A stretch of DNA of 64,000 nt from an uncultured Candidatus Saccharibacteria bacterium (GCA_963524295.1 CAURFZ010000001.1:361509-425508); one strand, 5' to 3'. Counted from the first letter of the stretch, positions 9,541 to 19,827 are shown. Notes: generated by a model not told the origin, from the sequence alone. Made by a program: numbers and translations.

Positions 9541-10653
9541 CTACCGCTTCACAATCTTCTTCACCCCACGCTTGAAGCGCTGCTCAGCGTGGTGGACGGT
9601 GTTTGCGGTTGCAGTCTGAAGGTTAATGGCACGAGCCTCGAGGATGCTACTACCGACTGCCAAGCTAATAAAGACAAGGCCCAGCCCACCGGTCGCCCAT
9701 TCAGGCAGCTCCACGTGGAAGAGCTTGGCGATCATCATCACACCCAGCGCCATAATAGCCCAGTGCGCACCATTCTCAAGATACTTATATTTACCCAGTG
9801 CACCAGTCCGTAGTAGATAGACCGTGAGTGAGCGCACCCAGATGGCACCCGCCCCGAGGCCTGCCACAATCAAGACAATACTACTGGTGATAGCAAATGC
9901 ACCAATCACCCCATCAAAACTAAAGCTCGCGTCCAACACCTCCAGGTACATCAGGCTAGCAAAGGCCGCCCAGCCTGTTTTTGCCTTGAGAGACTGCGCC
10001 GTGTCGTCATGAAAGAACGAACCAAAGAGTTCCAGTCCAATATGCAGCAAGATTCCTAGGATAGATGAGATCAGCACCACCGACTCATACTGCCGCTCCA
10101 CCGTGAAGTACAGCACCGCTGCCACCGCCAGCATCACACACACTTTGAGGTTCTCAAAACGCCCCGCCTTGGCTAGCCATGGCTCAACGTGCCGCATCCA
10201 GTGTACCCGCTTGTTGTAGTCCATAAAGTAACTTAGGCCAATCATGATCAAAAACGCCCCGCCAAAGGCATCGATCATTGGCGATGCAGCATGAAGGATG
10301 TGCCCATACTCCGCTGGCTTATGTAGCGCGAGATCGACCACTGTTGAGAAGTCGTGCCCGCTTGCCACCATCACAATAACGATCGGCAGCACAAAACGCA
10401 CCACAAACACTGCAATAAAGATCCCCACCGTCAGGAAAATCTTTTGCCACAGTGGGCTCAGGCTCGCCAAGACGCGGCTATTAATGACGGCATTATCGAA
10501 GCTAAAGGTCACCTCTAGTAGTACTAGGATGGTAAACAGCCACAAGCCGCTCACCCCCAAATGGCCAAAAATCGCCCCGCCCAGCAGCACTGTCAGCAGC
10601 GCCGAAAACCAAAAAATACGAAAAGGGTGATGAGAATGCCAGAGATGTTTCAT
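9541..10653 (-). CDS. Integral membrane protein, TerC/DUF475-like
   Basis: About 9 TM segments with duplicated FSFDNAV / SFSFDGV motifs. Confidence 0.6.
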   Translation of the reverse strand: MKHLWHSHHPFRIFWFSALLTVLLGGAIFGHLGVSGLWLFTILVLLEVTFSFDNAVINSRVLASLSPLWQKIFLTVGIFIAVFVVRFVLPIVIVMVASGHDFSTVVDLALHKPAEYGHILHAASPMIDAFGGAFLIMIGLSYFMDYNKRVHWMRHVEPWLAKAGRFENLKVCVMLAVAAVLYFTVERQYESVVLISSILGILLHIGLELFGSFFHDDTAQSLKAKTGWAAFASLMYLEVLDASFSFDGVIGAFAITSSIVLIVAGLGAGAIWVRSLTVYLLRTGALGKYKYLENGAHWAIMALGVMMIAKLFHVELPEWATGGLGLVFISLAVGSSILEARAINLQTATANTVHHAEQRFKRGVKKIVKR

Positions 10654-10684
10654 AGTGATTTAGTATAGCACATGCATCAATGTA

Positions 10685-11893
10685 TCAGGAAGACTGTACT
10701 ATGTCTGCGGCGAATGTCACGGCTCGCCACAGTGGTTGCTGCTTATCCATCGCAGTAAGCGGCCCCATCATCTCACTCACACTCCCAAGATATGTCAGAC
10801 GCGGCTTGTATGTCGCTGTCTCTTTCTTATGAGCAATGATACTATAAGCTTTCAGAGTGTCCGTATCAGCCACGACTGTATTGCTTGCCTGTGTTATGCC
10901 AACGATCTTCACTTCAGCGCCTGTTGCTGTCTCGACTTGCGCTACGACAATGCCACCAGACATACCAGGCAAGACAGAATCCTCGCGCGCAGGATCATAC
11001 GGTTCGTTCTCATCCACTGTCTTCTCTATTCCTGCCACCACAGTTATTTTGCCCTCAGGGCCATCTTGCGCTACTGGGAAGAGGACGTTGAGGTGTGGCT
11101 GATTAGCCGGCCAGCGTGTAACCTGCGCCGGGCTGTTATTACTGCTATTGATAGGAAAGCCAAGCGCATACATTGGTTGGCCTTGTTGTATAATTTCCCT
11201 TGTTTCATCAGGGGTAGCAAATTGCAGTGCAGGAGCAGGCGTATAATTCTGGTGACGCAATGTTAATGCCGCGACATCTGGCACTGTTGGCCTGTGTGAC
11301 CCATTTGCCTTGCCAGTGTAGCAACCACTCCGGACGGCATAGCGATGGCCATTGGTCGTTTCTACCGCAATATTACCTCTCTGGTGCTCAGACGATACAA
11401 CATGCCCAGCCGTCAGCACCGCAGACCAAGCACCCGGCGTCTCGACAATAAACCCACTCCCGCCATAGTCTCCACCAGAGCCTGTCACTTCACTGCCATA
11501 GACATTAATCTTAACGACCGAAGGCTGCACCGCCTGCAACACTTCTTGCTTATGCCGCTCCAGGGCTGTATGATCGCCAAGCGCCTCAGCAATCGTGACC
11601 GAGGGCCGGCGTGTAATCTCTGTCGGCTGCCCCAGATGCGGCTGCGACATTGAATCATCCAGTGTCGTGCAGGCCGGCAACGGCTCCTTCGCCTGACGCG
11701 CCTCGAGTCGAGCACCAACAAACGACCACGTCCCCACAAGCGTAGCACCAAGCATCGCACACGATGCTCGCCAACCAATCGCTCGCCACAATCGCTGACG
11801 CCGCTCTGCCCGCTCTTGTTGTTGCCGCTCCATCCGCGTCTCTGGCCGAGAATGCGGGTCAAAATTATGTTCTCGAACTGCCATTTCTGTCAT
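10685..11893 (-). CDS. Membrane-anchored trypsin-like (S1) serine protease
   Basis: N-terminal TM, His LTAGHVV, Asp PDVAALTL, Ser LPGMSGG. ATG 11893 lies 9 nt after TATAAT. The ORF could extend to 11983. Confidence 0.8.
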   Translation of the reverse strand: MTEMAVREHNFDPHSRPETRMERQQQERAERRQRLWRAIGWRASCAMLGATLVGTWSFVGARLEARQAKEPLPACTTLDDSMSQPHLGQPTEITRRPSVTIAEALGDHTALERHKQEVLQAVQPSVVKINVYGSEVTGSGGDYGGSGFIVETPGAWSAVLTAGHVVSSEHQRGNIAVETTNGHRYAVRSGCYTGKANGSHRPTVPDVAALTLRHQNYTPAPALQFATPDETREIIQQGQPMYALGFPINSSNNSPAQVTRWPANQPHLNVLFPVAQDGPEGKITVVAGIEKTVDENEPYDPAREDSVLPGMSGGIVVAQVETATGAEVKIVGITQASNTVVADTDTLKAYSIIAHKKETATYKPRLTYLGSVSEMMGPLTAMDKQQPLWRAVTFAADIVQSS

Positions 11894-12603
11894 GGTTTGG
11901 CCATTATAGTGCTTTGCGGGGCTAAATACAAATTTAGCAAAGTAGTTTAATATATTTACATCGCCCAGTATCACGCTGAACAAGTAAAAGCAATCAATAT
12001 AATAGTCAAACTCTGGTACGTATTATCATAGTAATAGCAAACACCCCTCTCACTCATCGCCTACTTGAACAAAAAACAAGTTCACTGCACAATAACAGAG
12101 AAAAATATGGTGAAAAGTATTGTTCAGCCATATATTTTGTGCGTGCTGGGCTATATAGGTATGCCTGATGTAAGCGTGTGTCAATCACATAGCGTTTCGG
12201 CTTGCACCTCTACTTGTCTGTGCCGCGCACATACGTGCGCCCATCGCAAGCCACGATGTTGCTATAGCAACTATACTTCTCGATGCTCGTTTTTCTCATT
12301 GAGAAGTATGTAGTTGAGGGCGAAAATTATCAACACGCAAGGTGTTGTATGCTGCGCCAGAGAGCGTAGTAGCACGAGGAGGGTCTTTTATCAAACCTTT
12401 ACATGCAAGCCTCACAGTCCCTGCAGTAAGTTCTACAAGCAGGGCAAATCCGCCAGGGTCGTGGCCACTACCACAGATACCAGCTACCTTTGCCTTGATA
12501 GCACATGTCACAAACCAGAGCAATTCACAGCACCTTCGCACACCAAAGTAAATCAGCTTAGAATAACTAATGCGCGACTAGACCATCATCAACTCACCCC
12601 AAC

Positions 12604-12644
12604 AAAAAAGCGCTCATAGTAAGGGTGGGCATCACTATGAGCGC
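12604..12644 (-). terminator. Rho-independent terminator (11-bp stem plus T6)
   Basis: Stem 12610-12620 pairs with 12634-12644. A6 on the plus strand (12604-12609) reads as T6 on the minus strand. Confidence 0.7.
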
Positions 12645-12882
12645 TTGGTTTGCCCTTCGTCCCACCCAATCAGGGTATACGTGATCTACTCACACATACG
12701 AGATCCGCTGGACAAAGGGGTTAGTAAGCACACAACCCTGTCTAACGGTGCTGCAGTGGAGGGTAGATAACTACAGCACAGATTGTGTGCAACCTAACAC
12801 GTTACCTTCGTGAAAACACTGGGGTAACTATGTTAAAATAGGGGGTATAAGGTACTTGAACGAGCTTGCGCTCAATCAATCA
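12604..12882 (-). ncRNA. Candidate ~280-nt structured RNA, family unassigned
   Basis: Extended -10 TGCTAGTAT (plus-strand 12889-12897) lies upstream. Intrinsic terminator GCGCTCATAGT-N13-ACTATGAGCGC plus T6 at 12644-12604. Long irregular hairpin 12728-12790. No credible ORF on either strand. Confidence 0.35.
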
Positions 12883-12935
12883 CTTATGATACTAGCACCC
12901 GCTTGACAAAATGTCAACACTTTTCAGCACAAATC

Positions 12936-13814
12936 ATGCAACAGATCAATCACACCACACCACAAGCCCACCAATACCTCAATCCACTCTGCCATATTAC
13001 CAAGCCACCGCAGCAGATTCACTATCTCGGTACACTACCCGAGGAACGCCGCCCGAGCGTGGCGATCGTTGGGTCGCGCCGGCCCACGCGCTATGGCCGG
13101 GAAGTGACGGAGCAATTTGCCCGCGAGCTAACCCGCCAAGGGGTGATCATCATCAGTGGGCTCGCCCTCGGGATTGACAGCATTGCACACCAGGCCTGCG
13201 TGGCAGTGGGTGGCACGACGATCGCTGTGCTGGGCAATGGCCTGCCACGGATCTATCCGGCCAATCATACTGCGCTTGCGGGCGATATCGTGGCCAAGGG
13301 TGGGGCAGTGGTGTCGGAGCACTTGGCGGGGGATGGCTACCGCTTTGGCAGCTGGAGCTTCCTCGAGCGCAACCGCCTCGTCGCTGGCCTAGCCGACATT
13401 GTCGTCATCACCGAGGCAGCCGAGCGCAGTGGCACGCTCAACACTGCTGCCCATGCACTCGAGCAAGGCAAGGACGTCTTTGCGGTGCCAGGCAATATCA
13501 CCAGCCCACTCTCGCAGGGCTGCAACAACCTCCTCAAGCAAGGCGCCCTGCCTGCCACCAGCCCAGCCGACATCCTCGCCGTCATGACCATCACACCGCC
13601 CCAGCGTCAGCAGAGCGAGAATGCCACTCTACCGCTGGGTAGTACACCGCTCGAGGCTGCCATCATCAAGCTGCTGCGCCAAGGCCTGCGCGACGGCGAA
13701 GAAATGCAGCGCCGTCTAGGCACACCTATCAGCGAATTTACCATTGCACTGACAATGCTGGAGATCAATGGCGTCATCCGCTCACTCGGTGCCAACCAGT
13801 GGACATTGGCTTAG
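12936..13814 (+). CDS. dprA: DNA-processing protein DprA/Smf
   Basis: VAIVGSRRPTRYG and ISGLALGIDSIAHQ, with a C-terminal winged-helix-like tail. An alternative TTG start is at 12903. Confidence 0.9.
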   Translation: MQQINHTTPQAHQYLNPLCHITKPPQQIHYLGTLPEERRPSVAIVGSRRPTRYGREVTEQFARELTRQGVIIISGLALGIDSIAHQACVAVGGTTIAVLGNGLPRIYPANHTALAGDIVAKGGAVVSEHLAGDGYRFGSWSFLERNRLVAGLADIVVITEAAERSGTLNTAAHALEQGKDVFAVPGNITSPLSQGCNNLLKQGALPATSPADILAVMTITPPQRQQSENATLPLGSTPLEAAIIKLLRQGLRDGEEMQRRLGTPISEFTIALTMLEINGVIRSLGANQWTLA

Positions 13815-13838
13815 TATTATGGTACAGTACCATATACT

Positions 13839-14555
13839 ATGGCGACAGCAGAGCAGCCCCCAAGACGACGCAAACGCGAATATCACATGAGAGATATTCC
13901 TACTGTGCCAAATGCCATCTCGGCTACTGGGCTTGGGTTAGTAGCTGCTGGTGCTCAGAAATTTGACGCTGCGACAAAGGAGAACGACAAAGCTGGCCAG
14001 ATCATTGGCGCACTCATGATACTTGGCGGTCGTGCATGTGACTTAGCAGATGGCCTAGCAGCGCGACGTCTTGGCCAAGAGAATGACTTTGGTGCAGGAT
14101 TTGATGCTTTTTGCGACAAATTCGGTATGGCAGTGATTGGTGCAATAGCAGGCAAAACCCATGTTGTACCCAAATCAGTTCTAGCGACAATTGCCACTAA
14201 GAATGCCGTCAATGCTGGCGCGACCATCTACCATGGCCTCACAAATGACGAAGCCTTCCGTACGCCAAAATCAGGCAAGCTCAGTATGGCAGCAGATAAT
14301 ATAGCAATTGCTGCCTATTTTCTCAAGTCGCTCGCTCCTGAGGGGAGTAAGCTTGAGCGTTGTGCTGGTGTAGCAGCACTAGGGTCAGTTGCTGCAGGTA
14401 CTGTCCTTGGTATTGCCGCTGCGAAGGACTATCTCACTGGCCACTATGCCAAAGCTAAAGACTACAGCAAATCTACCAAGTCCACCTCAGCAGCAAACAC
14501 CCCAGCACGGCAACCTCGCACCCGTATGCGTCGCAAACGCCGCGTGCGTGGGTGA
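13839..14555 (+). CDS. CDP-alcohol phosphatidyltransferase family protein
   Basis: Exact match to DG(x)2AR(x)8G(x)3D(x)3D in DLADGLAARRLGQENDFGAGFDAFCD. Basic C-terminal tail. Confidence 0.8.
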   Translation: MATAEQPPRRRKREYHMRDIPTVPNAISATGLGLVAAGAQKFDAATKENDKAGQIIGALMILGGRACDLADGLAARRLGQENDFGAGFDAFCDKFGMAVIGAIAGKTHVVPKSVLATIATKNAVNAGATIYHGLTNDEAFRTPKSGKLSMAADNIAIAAYFLKSLAPEGSKLERCAGVAALGSVAAGTVLGIAAAKDYLTGHYAKAKDYSKSTKSTSAANTPARQPRTRMRRKRRVRG

Positions 14556-14836
14556 TGCGATTGATAATTCGTGCAGCATTCTTTATTGGTAGCCAGGCTT
14601 CTTATATATTTTCCACACTATCAGCAATACCCTTACCTATAGACCAGGGAGGGGGAGAGGGTATCAAACTAGCCTCCAGGTGTTTTTCTTGGGTAGTGAG
14701 TTGCTGGGGGCTGATGGTGGAGTTTTGTAGCTCAGATTTGTCCAATTTGCATTCCATTCTACTTTGCGGTATCATAGGCGCTTGATTAGATAGGTTAATA
14801 GCAAGCATATAACTATAACAAGCGAGTAGATAATCA

Positions 14837-17212
14837 ATGAGCAAACACACACAACTAGTCATCGTCGAGAGCCCAGCCAAGGCCAAGACAATTGAGCGCT
14901 ACCTGGGCGAGGAATATCAGGTGCTCTCGAGCGTAGGGCACATTCGCGCCATCCCCAAAAAGACCAAGGATGGACAACCGCCGATCGATATCAAAAACGA
15001 CTTCAAGACCGTCTACGAGATCGATCCAGACAAGAAGAAGGTCATCACCGAGCTCAAGAAGGCCGTGAAGGCGGTTGGAGCGGATAATGTGTGGCTCGCA
15101 ACCGATGAAGACCGCGAAGGGGAGGCAATTGCCTGGCACCTGTGCGAAGTCCTTGGCCTAGACCCACAGCGCACCAAGCGCATCACGTTCCATGAGATCA
15201 CCAAGCCCGCCATCGAGGCAGCCATCAAGCAACCTCGCACCGTAGATATGCAGCTCGTGGAGGCCCAGCAGGCACGACAGATCCTCGACCGCATCGTGGG
15301 CTTCGAGCTGAGCCCTGTGGTGTGGCGCAAGGTGCCAGGTGGCAAATCAGCCGGCCGCGTACAAAGCCCAGCGGTGCGCTTGCTCGTGGAGCGCGAGCGC
15401 GAGATTCGTGACTTTGCGAGTAGTGCACAGTTCCGCGTAACAGCGCATTTTGCCGTAGATGGCGAGGAGCTCAAGGCTGAGCTCAAGCAGCGCTTTGACA
15501 GCGAGCAAGCCGCCCACGACTTCTTGACGGGGCTGAGTGGTGCTCGTTTCACCGTCAGCAGCATTACCAAGACGCCCAGTACGCGCAACCCCGCTGCACC
15601 ATTTACCACCAGTACCCTCCAGCAGGAGGCCAATAGCAAGCTCGGCATGGGCAGCCGCGCTACCATGGCGAGTGCTCAGAAACTCTACCAAGAGGGGCTC
15701 ATTACCTATATGCGTACCGATAGCGTCAATCTCAGCCGTCAGGCCATCGCCGCCAGCCGCACATACATTACTCAGCACTTTGGTGCCGACTATTCACACA
15801 GTCGCACCTTCACCACGAAGTCAGCTGGTGCCCAAGAGGCTCACGAAGCCATCCGCCCGACCGACATCGCCCGCGAATCCGTCGCTGGCAGTAGCTACGA
15901 CCAAAAACTCTACGACCTCATCCGCCGGCGCACCCTAGCCAGCCAAATGGCCGCTGCGAAGCTAGAGAACACCACCATTACTATCAGCATCGACAGCACG
16001 CGGCTGAGGTTAGAGAAGACACTCGTCTTTGAGGCAAAGGGTCAGACAGTGCTGTTTGATGGCTTTTTGCGCGTCTATGGCGGTAAGGATTCGACCATCC
16101 TGCCATCAGTCAGCCAGCACACTACCCTTGAGCTCGCACAGGCCGAGGCGCGGCAGGTCTTTGCCCGCCCACCAGCGCGCTATACCGAGGGGACGCTCGT
16201 CAAGAAGCTTGAAGAGCTTGGCATTGGCCGGCCCAGCACGTACGCTACCATTATGAATACCATCCAGACCCGTGGCTATGCCGAGCGGGGCGAGAGCGAG
16301 GGTGAACCACGCGATGTCATCGTCCTGGAGCGTACGGGCGAGATTCCGAGTGATAATACCCCTGTCGTCACTCGTCGCATCGTCCAAGAAAAAACTGGTG
16401 CTACCCGTGGCAAGCTACTGCCCACCCCAGCGGGTGAGCTAATCGCTGGCTTCTTGACGAACCATTTCGACCCCATCATCGACTATGGCTTCACCGCCCG
16501 CGTCGAGACCGATTTCGATGACATCGCTGCCAGCAAGCTTGCGCGCAATGCCATGCTGCGCCAATTTTACGAGCCCTTCCATGAGCTCATCGAAAAATCC
16601 GGCGACATCGACCGCAGTACTGTTGGTGCTCACCGTGAGGTTGGCACTCACCCCAAGACTGGTAAGCCGATCTTTGCCCGCTTTGGACGTTTTGGGCCGA
16701 TGCTACAGCTGGGCAGTAGCGAGGATAAGACAACTAAGCCACAGTTTGCGCCACTCCCCAAGGGTGAGCGCATCGAGACCGTCACGCTCGAGCAAGCTCT
16801 CAAGGCCTTCGAACTACCGCGCACTGTTGGCACTACCGAGGATGGTCAGACCATCAAGGCAAACGTTGGGCGCTTTGGGCCGTACATTCAGGTAGGCAAG
16901 CTCTACGTCAGCCTGAAGGAGCACGACCCGCGCGAAATTACCGAAGCCGAGGCTCGCGTGCTCTACGCCGCCAAGCTCAAGGCCGAGGCAGAGAAGCACA
17001 TCGCCGATTTTGGCACTATCAAGATCCTCAAGGGACGCTGGGGGCCTTATGTGACTGACGGCAAGACCAACGCACGTGTACCCAAGGATACCGATCCAAC
17101 AACTCTGGATGAGGCGCAAGCCCGCGAAATCTTGGCCGCCGCACCACCCAAACGGGGCCGGCGCAAGGCTACAACTCGCACCACCACCACACGCAAGAAG
17201 CGCACCGCCTAG
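14837..17212 (+). CDS. topA: DNA topoisomerase I
   Basis: TOPRIM LVIVESPAKAKTI and DEDREGE. Active-site region YITYMRTDS. Lys/Arg-rich C-terminus. Confidence 0.97.
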   Translation: MSKHTQLVIVESPAKAKTIERYLGEEYQVLSSVGHIRAIPKKTKDGQPPIDIKNDFKTVYEIDPDKKKVITELKKAVKAVGADNVWLATDEDREGEAIAWHLCEVLGLDPQRTKRITFHEITKPAIEAAIKQPRTVDMQLVEAQQARQILDRIVGFELSPVVWRKVPGGKSAGRVQSPAVRLLVEREREIRDFASSAQFRVTAHFAVDGEELKAELKQRFDSEQAAHDFLTGLSGARFTVSSITKTPSTRNPAAPFTTSTLQQEANSKLGMGSRATMASAQKLYQEGLITYMRTDSVNLSRQAIAASRTYITQHFGADYSHSRTFTTKSAGAQEAHEAIRPTDIARESVAGSSYDQKLYDLIRRRTLASQMAAAKLENTTITISIDSTRLRLEKTLVFEAKGQTVLFDGFLRVYGGKDSTILPSVSQHTTLELAQAEARQVFARPPARYTEGTLVKKLEELGIGRPSTYATIMNTIQTRGYAERGESEGEPRDVIVLERTGEIPSDNTPVVTRRIVQEKTGATRGKLLPTPAGELIAGFLTNHFDPIIDYGFTARVETDFDDIAASKLARNAMLRQFYEPFHELIEKSGDIDRSTVGAHREVGTHPKTGKPIFARFGRFGPMLQLGSSEDKTTKPQFAPLPKGERIETVTLEQALKAFELPRTVGTTEDGQTIKANVGRFGPYIQVGKLYVSLKEHDPREITEAEARVLYAAKLKAEAEKHIADFGTIKILKGRWGPYVTDGKTNARVPKDTDPTTLDEAQAREILAAAPPKRGRRKATTRTTTTRKKRTA

Positions 17213-17230
17213 CCTGGCGACCTCTCATAT

Positions 17231-17265
17231 ACCAGCGGCTCCTCTGTACTGGCCGCTGGTTTTTC
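17231..17265 (+). terminator. Rho-independent terminator after topA
   Basis: ACCAGCGGC-N12-GCCGCTGGT followed by TTTTT. Confidence 0.8.
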
Positions 17266-17475
17266 TATGTCAGCCCGCATTGCTGCGAGCCCGTCAACTG
17301 CCCTGTCATGCTCGCCACATCACTTGCAAATGAAAAGCCTCAAAAAATTGTTTACCATAAGCGTAAAGTGTGTGCTATAATAGTTCTATGATGAAACGAT
17401 TGACTTATATCACCTATTATTCTATAATCAAATGTAAGAAGTGCGAGTGGGCATTCGCAAGCAACTGAGAAGGAA

Positions 17476-18576
17476 ATGGAGAACCGAATCATGAACCAAT
17501 CAACCAAACAACCAACCGAAATTTTTGCCGCGTCGATCGCTACCATCCTTGATGCAGTCGGCGAAGAACACGACCGCGAGCGCGAGATCATCGTGCGTCG
17601 CTTTGGCCTCAAAGAGCGCCGCGAAACACTTGAGCAGATCGGCGAGCTGCTCGGTATTACGCGCGAGCGTGTCCGCCAGCTCGAGAAGGCCATCGTGGTG
17701 CGCCTCAAGCTTGCTGCCGAAGCAGGCGAGCTAGAGGGCCTGCACGACGCCGAGCGCCTCATCATCCGCGACCTCTCCGAGAATGGCCGCGTAGGGCGTG
17801 TCTCAGACATCACACAGCGCCTGCTAGACGTTGAGACACCCACGGTGCAGCAGCGTGCCCATATTGCCTTCATTGGCGAAGTTTCGGCCCGCCTCACCCC
17901 CATCAACGAGACCGACAAATACCACCAAGGCTTGGCCATTGCCGAATATGGTGACGAGAAGGCAGTGCGAAGCCGTGTGGATGAGATCGTTGCCGCCATC
18001 AAACAGCATGGCGCGCCCATTAGCCTCGAAGCGCTGCATGACCAACTCACCTACGAGAACCCCAACCAAGTGCGCGGCCTCGCCAGCCTCTCTACCCAGC
18101 TAGCCCACCTCAAAGACATGTGGGGTCTGAGCAAATGGCCCACCGTCAACCCCAAAAACATCCGCGACAAAATCTACGTTGTCCTGCTAGACGAAGGCAA
18201 GCCGCTGCACTTTAGCGAGATTGCTCAGCGCATCAAGGAGAGCACCTTCAAGCGCCGCAACGTCACCAAGCAAGCCATCCACAACGAGCTCATCAAAGAC
18301 AAGCGCTTCATCCTCATCGGCCGCGGTATTTATGCGCTCGATATCTGGGGTTATAGCCAAGGCACTGTGGCCGATATCATTGCTGGTATCTTGCGCGACG
18401 AGGGTGGTCCATTGCACCGCGACGAGATCGTCAAGCGCGTCCTCAAGAGTCGCCAGGTCAAGGAGACCACCATCCTCCTCAACCTCCAAAGCAAGCCACT
18501 CTTCAAGCGCGTCGCCAAGGCCACCTACGCCCTCGAACCACCCAAGGAGCAAGCAGAGGTAGTCGCAGCAGCGTAA
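17476..18576 (+). CDS. Sigma-70 region-4-like HTH protein with two C-terminal winged-helix-like repeats
   Basis: ETLEQIGELLGITRERVRQLEKAIVVRLK, then two similar segments KPLHFSEIAQRIKE and GPLHRDEIVKRVLK. Confidence 0.7.
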   Translation: MENRIMNQSTKQPTEIFAASIATILDAVGEEHDREREIIVRRFGLKERRETLEQIGELLGITRERVRQLEKAIVVRLKLAAEAGELEGLHDAERLIIRDLSENGRVGRVSDITQRLLDVETPTVQQRAHIAFIGEVSARLTPINETDKYHQGLAIAEYGDEKAVRSRVDEIVAAIKQHGAPISLEALHDQLTYENPNQVRGLASLSTQLAHLKDMWGLSKWPTVNPKNIRDKIYVVLLDEGKPLHFSEIAQRIKESTFKRRNVTKQAIHNELIKDKRFILIGRGIYALDIWGYSQGTVADIIAGILRDEGGPLHRDEIVKRVLKSRQVKETTILLNLQSKPLFKRVAKATYALEPPKEQAEVVAAA

Positions 18577-18602
18577 AAATTACAAGTTGCTCTTAATAAA
18601 AA

Positions 18603-18640
18603 TTGTATGTGAGTGGTATAATGCTCACATACAATTTTTT
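18603..18640 (+). terminator. Rho-independent terminator (11-bp stem plus T6)
   Basis: TTGTATGTGAG-N10-CTCACATACAA then TTTTTT, immediately before the AGGAGG of the next gene. Confidence 0.85.
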
Positions 18641-18654
18641 AGGAGGGGATTAAA

Positions 18655-19140
18655 ATGAACAAAAAGAAGGTATCATCACACCACCCTAAGCTAATTGGCA
18701 TATCCATTATCACAGCAATACTTACTATACTTAGTTTACCATTGCTAATTAGCCTATACATAAACAACGCTGCAGAGCTTAAACAAAAGCAAGCTAGCCA
18801 AGCACATTGTCTTAACGCTGCATATACAAACTATGACACAGCATGGAAGGCAGCAGACAAAGATGGTGATGGCAAGGTTTCGTACAAAGACGGAGCTTCC
18901 GACATTATTACATCGTACTTTGATAGCGTGTTAACTTGTTATCGGACACACAAGACGCCCGAAAGCAATGCATTGATTGCCGATTATACAAAGAGGCGTC
19001 AAGAAGAAACTGATAAATATACTACTTGGCTCGCATCAGTGCAAAATCAAGAAACAATCCAGCCGCAAAATGAGAATAATCGCAGTATGACATGCATAAG
19101 CAATTCGGCTGGATCATCTACCTATACGCATTGCCAATAA
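18655..19140 (+). CDS. N-terminally anchored protein with an EF-hand-type loop (161 aa)
   Basis: AGGAGG RBS. TM LIGISIITAILTILSLPLLISLYI. DKDGDGKVSYKD fits the 12-residue EF-hand loop pattern. Confidence 0.6.
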   Translation: MNKKKVSSHHPKLIGISIITAILTILSLPLLISLYINNAAELKQKQASQAHCLNAAYTNYDTAWKAADKDGDGKVSYKDGASDIITSYFDSVLTCYRTHKTPESNALIADYTKRRQEETDKYTTWLASVQNQETIQPQNENNRSMTCISNSAGSSTYTHCQ

Positions 19141-19148
19141 TCTATATA

Positions 19149-19236
19149 ACGATAGGGAAGTGGCCTCCCCTCCCATCCCGAACACCACATATACTCAGCT
19201 ATAACAGAGGTAATTTGCCGCCTGGACAACTATCGT
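19149..19236 (+). ncRNA. 5S-rRNA-like fragment or structured element (88 nt)
   Basis: Closing helix ACGATAG/CTATCGT and inner helix GTGGC/GCCGC. TCCCATCCCGAACAC resembles the conserved 5S loop C region. The helix IV/V half is absent. Confidence 0.25.
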
Positions 19237-19805
19237 GTACACATGATGGCTGCGGGTATCTGCGTGTGATTTTGCACTCATAGGCTTATGTATCGGCCGT
19301 TTTGTGTGCAAGATAATTCCGCCGCAGCCACAATTTGCTCATATACACCTCTTGTATCTATTCCTTTGCAGAGCATCTCAGGCATACAGCAAAAGCAACC
19401 AAAAAGGGTAGGGTAAGGCAGGGGAGTCTGCCACCCTTTCGTCAAAAATCCCTGGCGACCGCCCTACCCCTGTTTTTACCTCATTTTACTAGCATCTACC
19501 ACTAATAAGCTTATATTTGAGAGCTATGTTCTCGTGACATACCTCACCTGAGTTGTAGCTCTCTGCTTACCTCCGGTTCTTCTATGCTTATATCCCTCAA
19601 GGTTAGCTAGAGAGTCATACTTAGTCCTTGCAGATATACCACTGCCTATAACAGCCAAACAGCAGCACTCAGCCTATATTTGACTAACTATAGGTTATCC
19701 AAGCTATCCAGATACGCCGAGACATTCATAAGCTCGCAGTACCGGTTAGCATACCACACAATAAAACAGGCAATCACGTATAGCAAAATAGCAACCAGAA
19801 GCAAA

Positions 19806-19827
19806 GCATAAGCATAAGCATAAGCAT
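19806..19827. repeat. (GCATAA)3.7 hexanucleotide tandem repeat
   Basis: Read directly, within the gene-poor stretch. Confidence 0.9.

Noticed and set aside
12290-12600. Possible tmRNA (minus strand begins GGGGTGAG right after the terminator) or RNase P RNA (plus-strand AGTCC / GCAGGG / CCACAGA strings)
   Set aside because: No tRNA-like 3' end (T-arm plus CCA-adjacent acceptor complementary to GGGGTGA) is present. The candidate P4 strands do not pair at the required distance: the complement of TTGTGTGC lies only 50 nt away and forms a local hairpin. The region is left as unassigned RNA-like DNA.
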